Source of the DNA: an uncultured Acidobacteriota bacterium
GTDB taxonomy: Bacteria > Acidobacteriota > Thermoanaerobaculia > Gp7-AA8
DNA: 64,000 nucleotides
Direction: 5' to 3'
Assembly (NCBI GenBank): GCA_963822445.1
Contig: CAWGHO010000001.1
Span: 1,216,001 to 1,280,000 of the forward strand
The translations under genes were made by a program, and so were the position numbers. Positions within the stretch are counted from its first letter, which is position 1. Each line of letters opens with the position of its first letter. The notes beneath the pieces were generated by a model. That model was given only the letters and a program-made list of their open reading frames with translations, was not told where the DNA came from and ran no database searches. Shown here piece after piece: positions 58,813 through 64,000 of this stretch.

Positions 58813-60501
58813 ATGAAGCGGTCTGCGCTTCTTCTCGTCTTATTTGCAGTGCCGGCGCTAGCTGACTTCACGCCCGCGAAATGGGCGGTCTCGAGCTCCC
58901 AGCCGCGGACCTTCGGCGAGCCGCCGCTTCGTGCCGGGAAAGCCGCCGCGTCCGTGGTCACGGCACTCGAGGCCACGAGTGACGAGGACATCGCCGCGCT
59001 GCGCGAATACAACGAGAGTGGTGCGTCACCGGCACGCGTCGGCGTGGTGAGGCCGCTCGCCGACGTGATCATGGCGAAGCGTGGGATCAGCGCGTCGTCC
59101 CTTGAACCGTCGGCTAACAACCCGTGGCGATGGCGCGCGCAGGTGCGGGTCGCGAATGCGCACAACCTCCGCCTCCAGCTCACGAATGTGAATGCGCCCG
59201 CCGGCACGACCTTCTGGGTCTACGGCACCAGCGGTCCCGCTCAAGGCTTCGACACGTCGCTCGCGCATGAGGGGACGCTGTGGACGCCGAGCGTCGACGG
59301 CGACACGATCGTCATCGAATTCGAAACGACATCGGACTTTGCGCCGTTCGCCATCGGCGCGGTCGCCGACATCCGTCCGTTCGCGGAAGTGATTCCGAGC
59401 GACAGCTCCTGCATCAAGGACGCGCAGTGCTACACCGGCCTCGGCGACCTCGGCACAGCCATCGCCCACATGCGCTACGTGAGCGGCAGCAGCGTGTTCA
59501 TCTGCACGGGCGGCCTGGTCAACGACATGTCCACTTCGGGCACGCCGTATTTCCTGACGGCGAACCATTGCATCGCGACGCAGGCGGAGGCGGCGTCGCT
59601 GGAGACGTACTGGGATTACAAGACCCCGGCCTGCGACGGCGCGATCCCGCCGAAAGGCGCGAAGAACAGCGGCGCGTCGCTGCTGGTCACGAATCCGGTC
59701 ACCGACGTCACGCTGCTGAAGCTGAATTCTGTCCCGGGCCGCCGGCTCTTCCTCGGCTGGACGACCGTCGCCCCCGAAACCGGCACGACGCTGTACCGGA
59801 TCTCGCATCCGGAAGGGCAGCCGCAGCGCTTCTCGACGGCCACAGTGACCGCGGGCGGGACCACCTGTACCGAATGGCCGCGGCCGAACTTCGTTTACTC
59901 GACGCATGTCATCGGCACCCCCGCGGGCGGCAGCTCGGGCTCACCGGTCTTCACGAATGAAGGGGTGATCGTCGGACAGCTCGCCGGCGCGTGCGGCATC
60001 GAGCCGGACAACCCCTGCAATCACGCGAACAAGACTGTCGACGGGGCGTTCTCGGCGTCGTACACGGTGCTCAAGCCGTTTCTCAATCCCGCCGTGACGA
60101 ACGGCTGCACGCCCTGCACGCCGAACGGGAAGACGGCCTGCATGATGGATGGCCGTTTCAAGGTGACCGTGACCTGGAAGGACCACTCGGCGAAGCTGCA
60201 GGGCGAGGGCAGCATCCTCGCCTTCAACGACAACCGCCCGGAGATGAACCCGCAGTACGGGACGATGTCCCAGACCACGTTCTTCTCGATGTACGACAGC
60301 GCGCCGAACTCGATCGAGCTCATGGTGCGCATGCTCCGCGGGCTGAACATCAATAACAAGTTCTGGGTCTTCATGACCGGCTTCTCGCCGAACGAATACG
60401 TCGTCACCGTGACGGATACGCAGACCTGCACGAACTGGACGCGATCGAATGCGAGCGGCAGCTTCTCGATCGTGGCGGATTACGACGCGTTTCCGTTCTA
60501 A
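58813..60501 (+). CDS. Secreted trypsin-like (lysyl-endopeptidase-like) serine protease with C-terminal accessory domain
   Basis: CTGGLVN, LTANHC, DVTLL, SHP.G, GGSSGSP; AGGAGG RBS. Confidence 0.9.
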   Translation: MKRSALLLVLFAVPALADFTPAKWAVSSSQPRTFGEPPLRAGKAAASVVTALEATSDEDIAALREYNESGASPARVGVVRPLADVIMAKRGISASSLEPSANNPWRWRAQVRVANAHNLRLQLTNVNAPAGTTFWVYGTSGPAQGFDTSLAHEGTLWTPSVDGDTIVIEFETTSDFAPFAIGAVADIRPFAEVIPSDSSCIKDAQCYTGLGDLGTAIAHMRYVSGSSVFICTGGLVNDMSTSGTPYFLTANHCIATQAEAASLETYWDYKTPACDGAIPPKGAKNSGASLLVTNPVTDVTLLKLNSVPGRRLFLGWTTVAPETGTTLYRISHPEGQPQRFSTATVTAGGTTCTEWPRPNFVYSTHVIGTPAGGSSGSPVFTNEGVIVGQLAGACGIEPDNPCNHANKTVDGAFSASYTVLKPFLNPAVTNGCTPCTPNGKTACMMDGRFKVTVTWKDHSAKLQGEGSILAFNDNRPEMNPQYGTMSQTTFFSMYDSAPNSIELMVRMLRGLNINNKFWVFMTGFSPNEYVVTVTDTQTCTNWTRSNASGSFSIVADYDAFPF

Positions 60502-60510
60502 GGTAGCTCC

Positions 60511-60978
60511 GTGCCCCGCGACGTCGTCATCCGCAAGCCGTTGACCGTTCTGATGCTGGTGATCGCCACTCTGGCGATCATCGCCATCACCGTCTGGATG
60601 GCCGGCAAGAGCTACGAAAACCTCGATCCGATTCCGTTCGACGACGTCCGCTACATCGCCAGGCGACTCGCGGCGCGGCCGATCTCGACGCACATCCTGG
60701 CCGTGCTGATCGTGCCGATGATCGCCAACGTCATGCTCTTCGTGCCCTGGGGATTGCTGACGTTCATCAGCCTGTACAACGTCGAACGGCCGACGCTGCA
60801 GACGTACGTGCTGACCATCCTGCTCGGCTTCTCGTTCTCGCTGGGCATCGAGGCCTGGCAGTATTTTCTGCCGTCACGCGTGGCCGACATCAACGACGTC
60901 ATCTGGAACACGTTCGGCACGATCCTCGGCGCCTTCCTCGGCCACGCCCGCCTGCGCGTGAGGTTCGAGTTCGTCTAA
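60511..60978 (+). CDS. VanZ family membrane protein
   Basis: NVMLFVPWG, SLGIEAWQYFLPSRVADINDVIWNTFG. Confidence 0.9.
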   Translation: MPRDVVIRKPLTVLMLVIATLAIIAITVWMAGKSYENLDPIPFDDVRYIARRLAARPISTHILAVLIVPMIANVMLFVPWGLLTFISLYNVERPTLQTYVLTILLGFSFSLGIEAWQYFLPSRVADINDVIWNTFGTILGAFLGHARLRVRFEFV

Positions 60979-60993
60979 CATTCGCCCAATCCC

Positions 60994-62634
60994 ATGATCC
61001 CGGAGCTCAAAGAGATCGAGCCGCGTCTCAAGCAGATCCTGTACGGGTGTGTCGAGCATGTGCAGGCGACGAAAGCGGCGCTCTACCTCTCCGCGTCACA
61101 CGATCTCAATCAGAAAACTTACGAGCTGGTCACGCACTACCAGTACAACCCCGCCGACCGGAAGGTCGTCACCGCGAATGACGATCTCGTCGATCGCCTG
61201 CACGTGAAGCGCTCGCCGTTTTTCGTGAACGGACTCGGCGCCGACCAGCGGTTCGCGGAGATGTTGTTCCGGCAGGGCAACGACCGCCTGCTGGTCGCGC
61301 CGCTGTTCTCCCGAGGGCGGATGGTCGGCTTCATCGACATGCGCGACAAGGCCGGCAAGAAGCCGTTCGAGACCCTCGACGTCGACGCGGCGCAGAAGAT
61401 CGTCGATCAGATGATCAGCGTTCTCGCCGAGAACAAGCTGTTCGGGCTGGCCGGGATCCCGCTCGTCGACGATCCCCGGGTACGCCCGTCGCCACCATCT
61501 TCGGCACCCGCGCCCAGCGCACCAGCGCAACCGCTTGCGGCCGGACAGATCTTCTCGCCGGAAGCGTCGAAGGCGATCGAAGCGGCGCGGCAGTACCTCA
61601 CCCGCCGGCAGCACATCACCAACACCGGCAAGCGCGTGCTGACCGATGCGCACATCGACATCGCCAAACTGATCCTCCCCGCGGCGCTGGGGATCCCCCG
61701 AGCACTGATCGCCTGCCTCAGCGCCGTCGGTCACGTGACGAATCCGCAGTCGACCGTGGCCCGATCGACGGTCGCCGACGATGCCCTCGACCTCGTTCAT
61801 GCGCATCTGCAGGCAGGGCTGAAGCGCTTGAACAAACCGCACATGACCCGGCACGGACAGATCGTCTACCCGCTCGGCGTGCAGCCCGCGCCGATCAGCG
61901 CTGACGCGATCAGCGCCATCGTGAGCGGCCCGGTCATCCCCCAGTCGGTTCAGGGGCTGATCCTGACCGTGGCCTTCGAGCGCGCAACCGATGAACAGGC
62001 CCGGGCGGCGTTGCAGATCTTCCTCTCCCAGATGGAGCCGATCATCGAATCGGCGCTCGCGGCAACCGGCCGCGGCGATCGCGTGCAGGTCGCCGAGCGC
62101 CTTCTCGAGCCCGACTTTCAGCGCTACCCCGAGCTGGCCGAACACTCCCGCGAAGTCGCGGCACTCGCGCAACGATTCGCGCTCGCGCTGGAGCTGCCGT
62201 CGACGCAGGTCGAGACGGTTCACATCGCCGCGCTGGTTCACGACGTCGGTCTGCGCCTGCTCGACTACGAGCGGATGTACAGCCGCGCGAACCTGACTGC
62301 CGAGGAGATGCGTGGGCTTGCCGAGCATCCCGTTGTCGGCGCGGCCCTGGTCGAGCCCGTCCTGGGACAGGACGTCGCCCACGCCGTCCTCCGCCATCAC
62401 GAGCGCGCCGACGGCAAGGGCTACCCGAGCCGCCTGGCCGGGTCGCAGATCCCCCTTCCCGCGCGCATCGTTCAGATCGTCGATGCCTGGGTGGCCATGA
62501 CCTCCCATCAGCCGTATCAGCCTGCCATTCCAAGAGATAAGGCCATCGCCCGGATGCGGGAGAGCGCCGGGACGCAGTTCGACGCCGCGCTCGTGGAACG
62601 ATTCCTGGCCGTGCTGCCGGACATCGTGCAGTAA
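60994..62634 (+). CDS. GAF + HD-GYP cyclic-dinucleotide phosphodiesterase
   Basis: EHSREV, LVHDVG, HHERADGKGYP, ARIVQIVDAW, GTQFD. Confidence 0.9.
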   Translation: MIPELKEIEPRLKQILYGCVEHVQATKAALYLSASHDLNQKTYELVTHYQYNPADRKVVTANDDLVDRLHVKRSPFFVNGLGADQRFAEMLFRQGNDRLLVAPLFSRGRMVGFIDMRDKAGKKPFETLDVDAAQKIVDQMISVLAENKLFGLAGIPLVDDPRVRPSPPSSAPAPSAPAQPLAAGQIFSPEASKAIEAARQYLTRRQHITNTGKRVLTDAHIDIAKLILPAALGIPRALIACLSAVGHVTNPQSTVARSTVADDALDLVHAHLQAGLKRLNKPHMTRHGQIVYPLGVQPAPISADAISAIVSGPVIPQSVQGLILTVAFERATDEQARAALQIFLSQMEPIIESALAATGRGDRVQVAERLLEPDFQRYPELAEHSREVAALAQRFALALELPSTQVETVHIAALVHDVGLRLLDYERMYSRANLTAEEMRGLAEHPVVGAALVEPVLGQDVAHAVLRHHERADGKGYPSRLAGSQIPLPARIVQIVDAWVAMTSHQPYQPAIPRDKAIARMRESAGTQFDAALVERFLAVLPDIVQ

Positions 62635-62635
62635 T

Positions 62636-62734
62636 CGGGTTACGAGGTTCCGGGGTTACGGAGGTTCCGGGGTGGAAAGAACCCGTTCTGCGCTGCCACC
62701 TCGCAACCCCGAAACCCCGAAACCCCGCAACCTT
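62636..62734. repeat. Intergenic inverted array of 8-nt tandem units, same family as 3745-3832
   Basis: gttacgag gttccggg gttacgga.. then cctcgcaa ccccgaaa ccccgaaa ccccgcaa. Confidence 0.8.
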
Positions 62735-62791
62735 AGATCCCTCCCACCGTACAATCCCCGGACCTCGAATCGTCCAGAAGGAGACTCCTGT

Positions 62792-63550
62792 ATGCGCCCA
62801 CGCACCCTCTTTACGTTAGCCATTGCACTGTTCGCCGCGGTCTCGATGCAGGCCGCCGATCTCACCGTCGACGAGATCCTCGCCAAGAACGCCGAAGCCA
62901 AGGGGGGCATCGACAAGCTGCGCGCCCTCAACTCCATCCGTTTCACGGGGAAGATGACCCTCGGCGGCGGCATGGAAGCCCCGATCGTCATGTCCAAGAA
63001 GCGCCCCGAAATGATGCGCATGGACTTCACCGTCCAGGGCATGACCGGCAGCCAGGCCTACGACGGCACGGGCGGCTGGATGCTCATGCCCTTCATGGGT
63101 AAGAAAGACGCCGAGCCGATGTCCGGCGACATGCTCAAGGAAGTGAAGGACATGGCCGACTTCGACGGTCCGTTCATCGACTACGCGAAGAAGGGCTACA
63201 AGGTCGAGCTCCTCGGCAAGGGCGAAGTCGAAGGCACCGCCGCCTACAAGATCAAGATGAGCCGCGACGGTCAGGACACGGTCATCTACATCGACGCCGA
63301 CTCGTTCCTCGACATCAAGGCCGAAGCGAAGCGAAAGATGCAGGGGCAGGAAGTCGAGGGTGAGACCACCTACGGCAACTACCAGGAGTTCGGTGGACTG
63401 CTCTTCCCGATGTCGATCGAGATGAAGGCCAAGGGCATGCCCGCCGGCCAGACCATCACCATCGAAAAGGTCGAGCTCAACCCGGCCATCGCCGACGACA
63501 CGTTCAAGATGCCGAAGAAGGCCGAAGCGGCCACGCCGCCGGCCAAGTAA
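62792..63550 (+). CDS. Secreted LolA-like/outer-membrane lipoprotein-sorting-like protein
   Basis: Signal peptide, LTVDEILAKNAEAKGG, QAYDG..GW, YQEFGGLLFP; AAGGAG RBS; precedes a VPS10-type gene. Confidence 0.75.
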   Translation: MRPRTLFTLAIALFAAVSMQAADLTVDEILAKNAEAKGGIDKLRALNSIRFTGKMTLGGGMEAPIVMSKKRPEMMRMDFTVQGMTGSQAYDGTGGWMLMPFMGKKDAEPMSGDMLKEVKDMADFDGPFIDYAKKGYKVELLGKGEVEGTAAYKIKMSRDGQDTVIYIDADSFLDIKAEAKRKMQGQEVEGETTYGNYQEFGGLLFPMSIEMKAKGMPAGQTITIEKVELNPAIADDTFKMPKKAEAATPPAK

Positions 63551-63552
63551 GA

Positions 63553-63651
63553 CAGTAGGCGGTAGGCAGTAGGCGGTAGGCAGGGGAAAACCAAAACCCC
63601 CGCCACCGCCTTTTTCATACCTTCTGCTTTCTGCCTTCTGCCTTCTGCCTT
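63553..63651. repeat. Intergenic 7-nt tandem repeats (CRGTAGG)4 and (CTTCTGC)4 in imperfect inverted arrangement
   Basis: cagtagg cggtagg cagtagg cggtagg ... cttctgc tttctgc cttctgc cttctgc. Confidence 0.8.
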
Positions 63652-63667
63652 CCCCACAAGGAGCACC

Positions 63668-64000
63668 ATGCGCAAGCACTACATCGCACTACTCACGGCA
63701 ATCGCCCTCCCCCTCCTCGCCGCCGACGAAGACATCAAGCTCGACTCCTCCACACTCGGTGGATTGCGCGCGCGGTCCATCGGGCCGGCGGTCATGGGCG
63801 GGCGTATCGCGGCGATGGATGGTCATGCAACCGCGGATGCGCCGGTCACGGTTTACGTCGGCGCGGCCGGCGGCGGCATCTGGAAGTCGACCGACGGCGG
63901 CACGTCCTTCAAGCCGGTCTTCGAAGAGCACATCCAGTCCATCGGCGCCATCGCCATCGATCATGCGAATCCGCAGACCGTCTGGGCAAGTACCGGCGAG
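63668..64000 (+). CDS. Secreted VPS10/BNR (Asp-box) repeat protein, truncated by window end
   Basis: MRKHYIALL signal peptide, RSIGPAVMGGRI, YVGAAGGGIWKSTDGG; AAGGAG RBS. Confidence 0.85.
   Translation, partial: MRKHYIALLTAIALPLLAADEDIKLDSSTLGGLRARSIGPAVMGGRIAAMDGHATADAPVTVYVGAAGGGIWKSTDGGTSFKPVFEEHIQSIGAIAIDHANPQTVWASTGE

Overview
GC-rich bacterial chromosomal window. The gene content (Hanks kinases with TolB-N/TPR, DUF4388, DUF11/beta-helix and IPT secreted proteins, a VPS10-type protein) resembles Acidobacteriota/Thermoanaerobaculia, which is an inference. The backbone holds housekeeping and signalling genes (glpK, histidine kinases, GGDEF and HD-GYP proteins, class A PBP, pgeF, arfB, TonB) plus four notable blocks. 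(1) 9.9-15.8 kb: an integron-type cassette array invisible in the ORF track. It has an attI-like site at 9889-9907, three related 180-200 bp attC-like sites and no integrase in the window. Terminal complementarity suggests one cassette is nested 21 bp inside another at a minimal palindromic core site, and an IS481 and an IS186-like IS4 element both sit inside the same attC. (2) 7.5-9.6 kb: a eukaryote-like protein arginine methyltransferase next to a secreted triple-repeat protein with RGG linkers. (3) 30.3-41.4 kb: a tightly coupled Wzm/Wzt glycan operon with five methyltransferase domains and two paralogous SPASM-first radical SAM enzymes. (4) 41.5-48.7 kb: a putative conflict island with a membrane-anchored TIR operon converging on patatin plus an NDT/TPR/SLOG protein, followed by a small-protein/retropepsin pair. 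Many genes look leaderless (-10 hexamer 6-9 nt before the start codon). Several genes carry frameshifts that may be assembly indels. No rRNA, tRNA or CRISPR array was seen.
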